Positions 30,386-45,863 of a stretch of 64,000 nt of DNA are shown piece by piece. Location of the stretch: assembly GCF_009914755.1 (NCBI RefSeq), contig NC_060928.1; one strand, written 5' to 3'. This DNA is from the human T2T-CHM13v2.0 reference genome, Homo sapiens. Position numbers and translations under genes: made by a program. The first letter of the stretch is position 1. Every line of letters starts with the position of its first letter. Under the pieces are notes generated by a model. That model had not been told where the DNA came from. It saw nothing but the letters and a program-made list of their open reading frames with translations, and searched no databases.

Positions 30386-31519
30386 AACTGCATTATTATT
30401 TTCCTGAATAAATAGAACATTAACTTAATTCTTCCATTCTTCATATAGTTCTGTGAAATTTAGCTGAAAATTGAATATTAAACATAAATATCCAGTGTTT
30501 CTGTTTTGTAAAAATCATGTAGAAAATTAGGTAATATATTTAAAGTGCCTACTAATGCTTGGTACACATAACCAAGATCAGCGATTGTTATCAGGTTTAT
30601 AAATACAAATTAAGATTGTCATTTTTTAATCCATTGGGCTCATGTATTATAAGATTAAGTTTAATAATTCATAAGATAGTCTCCACACTTAGATATATGT
30701 GGTTCTACCTGATTACATCATGATTTGATGGAAACAAAAGATATTTTCTAGTTTATGGGAAATTGTTGACCTAGCACTATGTGTGACAGAAATCTCTGTA
30801 CTCCAAAATCTATTTGTAAGACCTCCATAGAAGCTTCAGTAGATCAAAACTTATACATTTTTTTCACACATCTCATTCTATTGACTCAGACAAATCAAAT
30901 TGACCTACAACAGCCTCTATTGAAAACATGTCAAGGGAATGTCTTTCAACCAACACAGTGTTCAAAATATTGCTATATTCCATCTATTCAATTATTATTG
31001 TCTCTTTTGAAATTTTAATTATTTTCAATATATCCAGAAATAAATCTGAGTTTTTTTAAGGTCCAGCTTATTTACTGAATTTTACTTCATCCAGCACAAA
31101 ATGATATTATTGGTCTAACCAGTTACTTTAGTGTTTGAAAATCTAATTTTTACTTTTAGGATATAAATATCCCCAGTTTCAAGTATTATATAATACAAAC
31201 ATCCAATTTTCTATTATTCTCAGATTTTCCATCAATTTTATAGTGAAGACATTGACATGAGCATTTTTTAAATGCCATGAAGTTTTTAGAATAACATCAT
31301 TATAAAGCATTTATATGTGACGTTGCAATGTGGATATCTAAGCAAGAAACATTTTTAAAAGGTTCAGTATACAATTTCAATTCTTATGTGCATGACATTA
31401 TCACAAATTCTAAGATTCAAAGACATAATAATAATTATGCATTAAGAATGCTAATAAATGGAAAAAACTTGGGATCAATTTTTTTTCTTTTGTACTGTAG
31501 AATATTTTTACGATGCATA

Positions 31520-31775
31520 GAGTCAACTAGTGAAATGTGCTGTATCTGAAGATAGACCTCCTGAGTAATCCTGAATCTCTCCTCTGGTTAACTTTGTGAT
31601 CTTGGGAAAATTCTTTAATCTCTCTGAGATTCACTTTTCTTAGCCATAAAGTGGGGAAAACAATTATTATACTAACTTTACAGAGTTGTCTTTAAGATTA
31701 CAGAAATAAATACATGCACAATGCCTAGAAGAGTACCTGGCCCATAATGGGATTTCCACAGCTATTACCTATAGA
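31520..31775 (+). mobile_element. MIR
   Basis: 'tgtgatcttgggaaaattctttaatctctctgag...cagagttgtctttaagatta'. Confidence 0.7.
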
Positions 31776-31889
31776 GTAATATCTTTAAAATAGCAGCAAA
31801 GTTGCAGTTCCATTTAAATCCTTTTTATATTTACAGTTTTATGTTTTAAAACACGACCAGAAAAATCATGTTGCAGTGCACATAGGTTC

Positions 31890-32100
31890 ATAAGCTTTAT
31901 AACCAGCTAGACATAATTTAATTTACCTTTAAATTCCTCGCTTACTAGCTGTGTGACTGGTTCTAGTTACTGTGCCTCAACTCACATTAAAATGAATGGA
32001 AATTTCCCTTTAAAACCCTAGTCAGTATTAAATAACCTAATTTAGATCGTTACCTAGCACCTAATATATAGGTAGCAGTTAATGATAGTCTGTTATTGTT
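31890..32100 (+). mobile_element. MIR fragment
   Basis: 'cttactagctgtgtgact', 'tgtgcctca', 'cctagcac'. Confidence 0.5.
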
Positions 32101-32656
32101 ATCTAAGTATTCAATTAAATAATAAACAAAAAATTATAGATTCTATTTATTTTTAAATGCCAAGATTTATTTTATCTTTCTTTTAAGCAAGTTGCATATT
32201 AACATTTTAACACAAAGTTATGAATGTGTTTTGTGACCACTATTAATAATATATAAGATAGTAAATTGCCAATTTAAGATCTTGAGGCCATAAGCTCCTT
32301 GTGGCCAGTAACAACCTTTTTGTTTTTCTGCATTGCTAGTTTCCTAGAGCAATCTCAATAAATCTTTAGTGACAAAAATGTAAAAGATAATGAAAGTAAA
32401 TGACTTGCATAGACAGATTTTGTAGTCTTAGTCTTATGTGTAGCAACCAACTAGAGAGGAATGAAACATTTAGTTGGCAATAAACTGTCCACATACATGT
32501 GTAGCAAAGAAAATTAGACATTTTGTATTTACTTTCTTTCATCTTAAATAGCTTAAATAGCTGGTCATTATTAAACCAATTGTACAACTGTCAGAATTGA
32601 ACAATAACAGACTTTTAAACTATTGCCAAAATTTTGGTTCATAAAAATTACTAAAA

Positions 32657-32945
32657 GGTTCGGTGTGATGGCTCACAGCTGTAATTCCAATACTTTGGGA
32701 AGCAGAGGCAGGAGGATTGCTTGAGTTCAGGAGCTCAAGACCAGACTGGGCCAAAGAGAGAAACCCTGTCTCTAAAAAGTTAGGTAGGCATGGGTGGCAC
32801 ATCCCTGGAGCCCTAGCAACTCAGGAGGCTGAGGTGGGAGGATTTCTTGAGCCTTGGAAGTTGAGGCTGCAGTGAGCTGTGATTGCACCACTGCACTCCA
32901 GCCTGGGAAACCCAGTGACACCCTGGTCTCAGAAAGAAAAAAATA
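32657..32945 (+). mobile_element. Alu (AluJ-type, diverged)
   Basis: 'ggaggattgcttgag', 'gaggctgcagtgagctgtgattgcacc'. Confidence 0.9.
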
Positions 32946-33984
32946 CCAAATGAGATAGAGAAGGAAGATATATTATGAGCTAAATCACTTTTTGAGATCC
33001 AGAACATCTATTAATATCAGAAAAAAGAAAGAGACAGAAGAGGATACTTATGACCAAAATAAGGACCAGGGTGGGGCAGGGTACCTGGTAAGTTTGGAGA
33101 GAAACCCAAATCCAGATTGAGCTCTTCAGGCTAGAAAAAGGGTAAAATTCTAAGGCTTATCTGCAATCTAGTTTAGGGATCCATTTTGAAGAAAGCTACA
33201 GAATCTTTAAAGTTCAGTATTTTAAGTGCTTCCTCTATTGTGGGCAGTATTTTGAGATTTTTCTTCTCTCCTACAGGTTATAATGGCAGTAATCAGGCAT
33301 TTTAGTCCAGGGGGGTCCTTAATTCTATTAACATTCTTTTCAATGATATTGTGCTCAGCTTTCAGGTAGAATGAAAAAAATCAGGGTTGCTTTCATGAGT
33401 TCACTTTGTAAATCTGTGACAATGTGAGCAATTTTTGCTTTGCTATTAGGCTAGACTGTTTTGGGGAAAAATTCACGTGCTCCCGCATAGAACACTTAAT
33501 AGTACCTTGCATTTGTGTAACTGCATGGTCTTTCAATCATGGAGAAAAATTTAATATTCACTAAACTAATCTCAGTGTGATTTACAGAGTCTAAAATGAG
33601 CTATTTAAAGTAAAACTTTGTAAAGAAAAAGTATTTAATCCAGTTGCAAAGTAAATTAATATGGTGAGGATTTTTATGTATTTTTATATAAAGAAGTAGG
33701 TTTGGCTGTTATCTGAAAAAAATTGTTCAAACAAATGGAACACTTTTATATTTGTTTCAATAATGATATGATCTTTGTATTTCATGCTCTCAAAAATATT
33801 TTCCTAAATAATTCCAAAAAGGCAGTAATTAAGATGACGTGTAAAAAACAAATGACTAAAGCTCTATGACTATTTGGCTACCATGTTGAGTAAAAGGTTT
33901 GATATTATTACAGGTTTCATAGTATTTTTTCCACTGCCTTTGGAGCTGGATGAATTTTTTGTGGTTACACAAGTGCTAAATAAT

Positions 33985-35266
33985 TTATTTTATTTTTTAT
34001 CATTTTATTTAAAATTCTCTTAGATTATCAAAAAGTTGTGAGATAGTACAAAAAGTTTCCATACACTCTTCAGCTAGCTTCCCTAAAGATTAGCATTTCA
34101 TATAGTTGTTTTATATAGTATAGTTGTCTCAACTAGAAAATTAATATTGGTGTACTGTTAACTAAACTAGAGCCTTTATTTGGATTTTATCAGGGTTCCC
34201 ACTGATTTTTTTAATCTGAGATCAGTTTCAGTTGTTATCATATCTACTTACTCATTGCCAAATCTGGAAGTTTGTCAGTTTTTCCTTGCTTTTCAGGACC
34301 TTAACAATTTTGAAGAGTACTGCTTGAATATTTCACAGAATGTCCCTAAATTTGGGCTTGTTTGATGTTTTCTCACAATTAGGCTTCACTATAGATTCAG
34401 GAGAAGAATAACATGCAGGTGAAGTGCCCTTGTATTCTCATTATATCAAGGATGCATGAGAATATTACGCATCCCTGGTGATGTCAACTTTGATCACTTG
34501 GTGTCTTAGTCCATTTGTGCTGCTATCACAAAATACTTGAGAGTATTGTCTGAGAATGAATAACTTATAAAAAACGGGACTTTATTTTTTCACTAGAAGG
34601 TTCAGTGTCTGGGGAAGGCATATTCCTTATATATGGTGCCCTCTAAATTTCTTTAAAAGGTGGAAGGATGAAAGGGCAAAAAAGAGGATAAATAAAGTCT
34701 GCATGCTCACATGAAAGAAGAGCAAGAGGGGCCTAAACAGAACTCCCCCCAGCCTTTGAATAAGGCACTAATCCCTTCAAGAGTGCAGGGCTCTCATAAC
34801 TTAATCACTTTCCCAAAGGCCCCACTTCTTCATACCATCACAATGGGAATTAAGTTTCAACATGAATTTTGAAGGGGACACACATTCAAATCACAGCACT
34901 TGGCCACCATAGTTTCAAGTTTCTCTGCTTTAAAGTTACTGTGTTATATTTTTCATACTCTAATTATTAGAAGTCACTAAATCCAGCTCACATTCAAGAA
35001 GAAATAAATTAATCTCTAATCCTGGAGTAGTAAGTTTCTGTGTCACGTTTAGAACTCATCTATAAAGAAGATTTGTCTCTTCCCCCATTTATTTAGACCT
35101 TATAAAAAAACTTAGGTTAGAATCCTGTATCATTATTATTTATTTTGTTGCTTAAATTGTTTCAGCTTTGGCTATTGGGACTGTTTCAGATTGACTTATG
35201 TGCCCTTTTGACATGCTCTATCCTCTTATTTTTTCTTAGTTTCTTTCAGCACTTCCTTACTTTTTG

Positions 35267-35298
<32 letters not shown>

Positions 35299-35520
35299 GC
35301 AGGATCATCTTGTCATTTTCTGGCCCCAACCTAGGAATCAGTCATTTCTCCAAGAAACCCAGTTGTCTTTTAGTAGAGAATAATATTTACAAATCAAGAT
35401 GCAAGCTACTGAAGTGTCAGTGGCACTATGCCCTCTCAGCCAACAGAGCAAGGAAATACATGTATATATACAAAACTTAGTGTACACATAGCTCTGTATT
35501 TTTTTTCTATTTATCTCTCA
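33985..35520 (-). mobile_element. L1MC-type 3'UTR, interrupted by an MST LTR; (CA)n at 35266-35295
   Basis: 'aaaagttgtgagatagtacaaaaagtttccatacac', 'tttgatcacttgg', 'aggaatcagtcatttctccaagaaaccc'. Confidence 0.7.
34502..34898 (-). mobile_element. MST (MaLR) solo LTR
   Basis: 'tgtcttagtccatttgtgctgctatcacaaaatac' ... 'attcaaatcacagca'; 5-bp TSD CTTGG (34497-34501, 34899-34903). Confidence 0.88.
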
Positions 35521-35529
35521 GCTATTTAT

Positions 35530-35759
35530 CTGAGTTTTGCTTCCCTCCCCACATCATCTTCTCCCACCTTTGACCTATATTGTAATTACAATTAGGATCC
35601 ACCTGGAGAATCCAGCCTAGTCTTCCTATCTCAAGATCCTTAACTTCATGACATCTGCAAATTCCTTTTTGCCACATAAGGTAACATTCACAGCTCTGCA
35701 GATTAGAACATAGACACTTTGGAGGGAAGGGAGAGAGAACGTTTATTTTGCCTACCACA
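35530..35759 (-). mobile_element. MLT1 LTR fragment
   Basis: 'atctcaagatccttaac...acatctgcaaa...gccacataaggtaacattcacag...ttgcctaccaca'. Confidence 0.75.
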
Positions 35760-35832
35760 TACTTTTCAATTTCCCAATTAAATATCCAGGAATATTTGCA
35801 TTCATAAAAATATGTGAGTAAAGAATTAATTA

Positions 35833-36737
35833 GGAGGAGGAGCCAAGATGGCCGAATAGGAACAGCTCCGGTCTACAGCTCCCAGCGTGAGCGACGCAGA
35901 AGACGGTGATTTCTGCATTTCCATCTGAGGTACCGGGTTCATCTCACTAGGGAGTGCCAGACAGTGGGCGCAGGCCAGTGTGTGTGCGCACCGTGCGCGA
36001 GCCGAAGCAGGGCGAGGCATTGCCTCACCTGGGAAGCGCAAGGGGTCAGGGAGTTCCCTTTCCGAGTCAAAGAAAGGGGTGACGGACGCACCTGGAAAAT
36101 CGGGTCACTCCCAACCGAATACTGCGCTTTTCAGACCGGCTTAAGAAACGGCGCACCACGAGACTATATCCCACACCTGGCTCAGAGGGTCCTACACCCA
36201 CGGAATCTCGCTGATTGCTAGCACAGCAGTCTGAGATCAAACTGCAAGGCGGCAGCGAGGCTGGGGGAGGGGCGCCCGCCATTGCCCAGGCTTGCTTAGG
36301 TAAACAAAGCAGCCGGGAAGCTCCAACTGGGTGGAGCCCACCACAGCTCAAGGAGGCCTGCCTGCCTCTGTAGGCTCCACCTCTGGGGGCAGGGCACAGA
36401 CAAACAAAAAGACAGCAGTAACCTCTGCAGACTGAAGTGTCCCTGTCTGACAGCTTTGAAGAGAGCAGTGGTTCTCCCAGCACGCAGCTGGAGATCTGAG
36501 AACGGGCAGACTGCCTCCTCAAGTGGGTCCCTGACCCCTGACCCCCGAGCAGCCTAACTGGGAGGCACCCCCCAGCAGGGGCACACTGACACCTCACACG
36601 GCAGGGTATTCCAACAGACCTGCAGCTGAGGGTCCTGTCTGTTAGAAGGAAAACTAACAACCAGAAAGGACATCTACAGCGAAAACCCATCTGTACATCA
36701 CCATCATCAAAGACCAAAAGTAGATAAAACCACAAAG
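35833..36737 (+). promoter_or_regulatory. L1 5'UTR internal promoter (YY1 site CAAGATGGCC at 35844-35853), CpG island and antisense promoter
   Basis: Motif and CpG density are seen in the sequence; function is from established L1 biology. Confidence 0.85.
36067..36282 (-). CDS. L1 ORF0 (71 aa, antisense)
   Basis: MAGAPPPASLPPCSLISDCCASNQRDSVGVGPSEPG...RCVRHPFL; ATG at 36282 on the minus strand. Confidence 0.8.
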   Translation of the reverse strand: MAGAPPPASLPPCSLISDCCASNQRDSVGVGPSEPGVGYSLVVRRFLSRSEKRSIRLGVTRFSRCVRHPFL

Positions 36738-37754
36738 ATGGGGAAAAAACAGAACAGAAAAACTGGAAACTCTAAAACGCAGAGCGCCTCTCCTCCTCCA
36801 AAGGAACGCAGTTCCTCACCAGCAACAGAACAAAGCTGGATGGAGAATGATTTTGACGAGTTGAGAGAAGAAGGCTTCAGACGATCAAATTACTCTGAGC
36901 TACGGGAGGACATTCAAACCAAAGGCAAAGAAGTTGAAAACTTTGAAAAAAATTTAGAAGAATGTATAACTAGAATAACCAATACAGAGAAGTGCTTAAA
37001 GGAGCTGATGGAGCTGAAAACCAAGGCTCGAGAACTACGTGAAGAATGCAGAAGCCTCAGGAGCCGATGCGATCAACTGGAAGAAAGGGTATCAGCAATG
37101 GAAGATGAAATGAATGAAATGAAGCAAGAAGGGAAGTTTAGAGAAAAAAGAATAAAAAGAAATGAGCAAAGCCTCCAAGAAATATGGGACTATGTGAAAA
37201 GACCAAATCTACGTCTGATTGGTGTACCTGAAAGTGATGTGGAGAATGGAACCAAGTTGGAAAACACTCTGCAGGATATTATCCAGGAGAACTTCCCCAA
37301 TCTAGCAAGGCAGGCCAACGTTCAGATTCAGGAAATACAGAGAACGCCACAAAGATACTCCTCGAGAAGAGCAACTCCAAGACACATAATTGTCAGATTC
37401 ACCAAAGTTGAAATGAAGGAAAAAATGTTAAGGGCAGCCAGAGAGAAAGGTCGGGTTACCCTCAAAGGAAAGCCCATCAGACTAACAGCGGATCTCTCGG
37501 CAGAAACCCTACAAGCCAGAAGAGAGTGGGGGCCAATATTCAACATTCTTAAAGAAAAGAATTTTCAACCCAGAATTTCATATCCAGCCAAACTAAGCTT
37601 CATAAGTGAAGGAGAAATAAAATACTTTATAGACAAGCAAATGCTGAGAGATTTTGTCACCACCAGGCCTGCCCTAAAAGAGCTCCTGAAGGAAGCGCTA
37701 AACATGGAAAGGAACAACCGGTACCAGCCGCTGCAAAATCATGCCAAAATGTAA
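36738..37754 (+). CDS. LINE-1 ORF1p (338 aa, intact RNA-binding chaperone)
   Basis: MGKKQNRK...REKG...ARR...YPAKLS...QNHAKM, canonical length. Confidence 0.96.
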   Translation: MGKKQNRKTGNSKTQSASPPPKERSSSPATEQSWMENDFDELREEGFRRSNYSELREDIQTKGKEVENFEKNLEECITRITNTEKCLKELMELKTKARELREECRSLRSRCDQLEERVSAMEDEMNEMKQEGKFREKRIKRNEQSLQEIWDYVKRPNLRLIGVPESDVENGTKLENTLQDIIQENFPNLARQANVQIQEIQRTPQRYSSRRATPRHIIVRFTKVEMKEKMLRAAREKGRVTLKGKPIRLTADLSAETLQARREWGPIFNILKEKNFQPRISYPAKLSFISEGEIKYFIDKQMLRDFVTTRPALKELLKEALNMERNNRYQPLQNHAKM

Positions 37755-37793
37755 AGACCATCGAGACTAGGAAGAAACTGCATCAACTAATGA

Positions 37794-41645
<3,852 letters not shown>

Positions 41646-43529
41646 ACAATGAGATCACATGGACACAGGAAGGGGAATATCACACTCTGGGGACTGTGGT
41701 GGGGTTGGGGGAGGGGGGAGGGATAGCATTGGGAGATATACCTAATGCTAGATGACACATTAGTGGGTGCAGCGCACCAGCATGGCACATGTATACATAT
41801 GTAACTAACCTGCACAATGTGCACATGTACCCTAAAACTTAGAGTATAATTAAAAAAAAAAAAAAAAGAATTAATTAAAGTGTTACATATTAGGCAATAA
41901 TTGAAATCAACTGAAACATTGATTAATGAAAGACTGTATATTATATTAAATGTATAATTGGAATAGTACATTTTAAAACTATGGTAGATTCCTATTTACT
42001 CTGTACTGAGTATGTTATTAAATAAAACAAAATTAAATTAATAAAGGCTCTTTATTCTAAAATAATTTTTCTGGAATAAATATATATATGTGTGTATGTA
42101 TATATGTGTATTATGCATCAATAGAAAAATATGAAGAAATATACATGCTAACCACTAAGAGCTATTACGACTACAGGACTCAATTTGAAGTGCAGACAGT
42201 GGGAGGTATTTTGAGCATAGGAATTTTTGTATTTGATTCTATACTCCTGATTTGCTTGACTTTAAATAAGTATACATGTCTACTGTATAATTAGATAATA
42301 TTATCAGTTTTCTATTGAAATTACTCACATAGAATAACAACCAGTGCCTATAAAAATTGTCTTATCTAATATGGAGGGGAATGGCCCTTACATTTCTTTC
42401 AATTATCATTATAATAGAACAAAACCAAACAAGCAAATTATTTCAATCTTTTTTTTTCCTTAATGGCTTAAAAGCTCTGCTCAATTTCCTGAAATGCTCC
42501 ATAGTCATTAGTACCTGATATTCTGTGACATTGTTAAAAAAATTGAGCATTTGTATGTATACACATTTCCTTTTTATTTTTTTGTAAAGAATAGAAAATG
42601 AAAGCACAGGGAATCCTGTGCTGTGCAGGCAGTGCACCACCTCAGAGCTATCAATGGTGTTGAAGTCGTTGGTACATAACAAGAAACGGCAACTCAGTAA
42701 CAGCCTCAGGCGCAATCTCTACCTTTGTCATATGTTTTCGTTTTCCATAACAAAGTATTTATCAAAGCATTGGACAGGCATCACTAATCAAATTACAATG
42801 ATATGTTTTGGGTTTTGATGGGCAATCTTTCAGAATGCCCTCAAGTCCATTCACCAATTTTTCTGGACATCCCTTCCTCTGGGCTGAAGTGCTCTGCTGC
42901 GAAGCACACAGCCTTGGAAAATAGGATGCATTTCAGATCCCCTCACCTCTTCCGTGAGACATTTGGGCCCAATTTGGTGGGAACATCCAGCACAACCACA
43001 TATGGTAACTGAACAACACCCTACAGACATGTGTCATGAAAGGAACTGAGACAGAGGAGATTAATGAGCTAATGACTGAGCACCATTGCCAGCTGCTAAT
43101 GATTTGAGATGAGGGGATTGATGGATACAAAGTTATAATTTATAGCTACAACTGTGAGACCTAATATTGTTTAAAAATCTGGCTTGTATAATTGATTATT
43201 TAGATCCTCATTATTAAATTATTATACAGAGAGGGCCAAATATGTGTGTGTGTTGTGTGTGTGTGCATGTTTTGACATGAGAAATAGGTTCATGTTTTAC
43301 ATGAAAACATGAGATGTTGGCTAGGATTATTTCCAATCCCTTTTTCCTTACATAACAATGCACTGGAATGCATAGTGACTTTTACTTGCCACTTCACCTC
43401 TAAAATACATTTGACTACATGGTCATTTATCTAAATCAGAAAAAATGTAAACTTCGCTGAACATAATTTGAGAATAGTTTCAACCCAGAGTCATCTTTCC
43501 AAGAAAATAAGACCAGAAATAAATGGCTA

Positions 43530-43995
43530 CAATTTCATACCATTCACTGCATCTGCACCATTGGGTAATATGAGTTTACAGCAGTTTCCATCAAGAACTG
43601 GTGTCTATTTCCTTACTTGTTGGATCTGACTGGCCTGGGCCTGGTGACTTGCTTTGGTTAACAGAATGTGGCAGAAGCAGTGGCGTGCCAATTCTCAGCC
43701 TATCCTTCAGGGGGCCAGGCAAATTCATGCTCCCTGTCTGGAACCCATGTCATGCCATGCCAACAACCCATGCTAAGTTGCTGGGGGATGAGAGACCATT
43801 TTGGGGACAGCTTAGGTGCTTCAGGCAGCTTCCAGCCAACCACCATAACAGAGTCACCTAACTGACCCGTAAGTCATCATAGACACATGAGGAACCAGAA
43901 GAATCATTTAGCTGAGATTAGACGAATGAGGAGCTAAATAAGTGGTTATTGTTTAAATAACTAAATCTTGAGGTATTTTGCTATACAGTGATACC
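43530..43995 (+). mobile_element. MLT1-type LTR
   Basis: 'ccatcaagaactggtgtctatttcc', 'tgacttgctttggttaacagaatgtggcagaag', 'aagtggttattgtttaa'. Confidence 0.7.
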
Positions 43996-44358
43996 TTAAC
44001 AATGGTGGACCACATAACGCCAAAATAATGTGGAAATATGAGGATAAGGGAATGTTAGAATTACCTTTTGTACCATTTAATCATCAGCTATTTCTGTATT
44101 TTTAAGTTACGCTTCTGATTTTTTTAAACAAATTTATACCTAAAGTCTGCCATATTGTCTATTTCAAAAGAAGTATGATAGACCATCAATGTTTCTTGGA
44201 AAATAGGAAAATTTATATGTTTGATATGGTTTTTATAAAACCAAAAGTTATATTTGAATTTTAACTGTATTCAGCATATATACTTAACATTGTATCAAAA
44301 GTGTATAATTTAGTGGTAGCATACACATAATGATAGCATACACACAATGATTGACTAA

Positions 44359-44378
44359 TAGATAGATAGATGATAGAT

Positions 44379-44428
<50 letters not shown>
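44359..44428 (+). repeat. (GATA)n tetranucleotide microsatellite, interrupted
   Basis: Direct reading. Confidence 0.95.
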
Positions 44429-44429
<1 letters not shown>

Positions 44430-44720
44430 GTGGTAGGTAGACTTCTAAGATGCCAATAATTCCTACTTCCCAGTATTCATGCCTGTGTATAATCCTCTCC
44501 TCCGGAGGGTGGGCTAAATTTAGTGATTTGTTTCTAACCAATAGAATTTGGAAAAACAGTGGGATGTCACTTCTGTGATCAGTTTACAAAAGTTTATCCC
44601 TTCTGTGATTAGGTTATGAAAATGAATTGTTGGTAGCAGAATCTTTTTACTGCTTTCTCGACTTACATGTGTTGATGAAGCAGGCTGCCATGTTGGAGAG
44701 GCTCTTTCCTATAATGTGCT
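44429..44720 (+). mobile_element. MLT1-type LTR fragment
   Basis: 'tgtggtaggtagacttctaagatg', 'tgtataatcctctcc', 'gggatgtcacttctgtgat', 'gctgccatgttggagagg'. Confidence 0.7.
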
Positions 44721-45500
44721 GTAGCCAAACAGCCCCTAGGCACATACTCTGAACTGTTCTACCAGTCAGAACTGCTGTGCTCCTTCTCTCACCAGAAGAT
44801 GCCCAACCTGAGTACCTTGTTTGACTATTGCTAATACAACCAGTACTGGCATCCATAGACAACTCAGTTGGTTTCTAATATATCTGAGATCTCATTTTCT
44901 CAATTCCTTCATTGGATCACCTGGTATATCACTTTATACAACTCTTTATATTATAATTTCTTTCTCCTTTATCTATTCATTGAGACTGTCGGTTCAAACG
45001 TGCAGAAGCATATTTATGTGTTTTCTAGATAAACCAGAGCAGAAGAGTGTTAGGAAGTCACACAGCAAGGCAGATTGGTCCCAATAAAAATCAACTAGCC
45101 CACAGTATAACGAGGTTAACTCACTCTCCTATCCTCTGCAATGACTACTTTTACATTTCTCCAATAATACTCAAAACTTTAATATTTCATCCACCATTTT
45201 TAGTAAATGCATTTATATCATACTTCCCAGAGAAGCTGAGACACTACATTCCTTTCAGAAAAATTGATTAGCATTGACTACCAATATAAAAACCTACCTA
45301 CAACTGTCATCATTCTCACATCCTTTGATTTTATATTTGAAGAGTTGTTAATTTGCTTCTGAGAATAATCCCTGTGGCTGTCTCCCCGGAAAAAGACTGA
45401 TTTTTAATCTCTTCTGTTGAGTCAGCACCTGTAAACTAAATCTTTTTTCTGAATACTTAAACATGTTCAGAGCTCAAACTTGAGTCCATATTTATTTCAG

Positions 45501-45504
<4 letters not shown>

Positions 45505-45534
<30 letters not shown>
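45505..45534 (+). repeat. (TA)15 microsatellite
   Basis: Direct reading; lies 38 bp upstream of the left inverted-repeat arm. Confidence 0.95.
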
Positions 45535-45538
<4 letters not shown>

Positions 45539-45572
45539 AAATAGTTATATAGTATATATTTACATACTGTAT

Positions 45573-45863
45573 AATCTGTTTGGATGGCACTTTAATGATT
45601 CAAAAAATTGTTAGCTTTGACTAACATGGGTCAGCAGAAATAGAAAGGAATGAAGATAATTTAAAAATAAACACAGAGAGAAGGGAGAGACTGTGTCAAA
45701 GATGAATGTTGGGTTTCTGGCATACAAAGCGGAATCAATGCTCTTATCATTAAGCAAGATCAGAAGGGCTGAAAGTGAAATAATTATAAAGCAGAGACTA
45801 TGAATTTAGTTTTTTGCATGTGTATTTTGAAGTACTTTTGTAGCCTCCAAGTGTGTCTGTATA
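45573..45863 (+). repeat. Left arm of the ~290-bp inverted repeat
   Basis: Reverse complement of 57555-57847; manual alignment gives 6 substitutions and one 2-bp indel. Confidence 0.97.
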
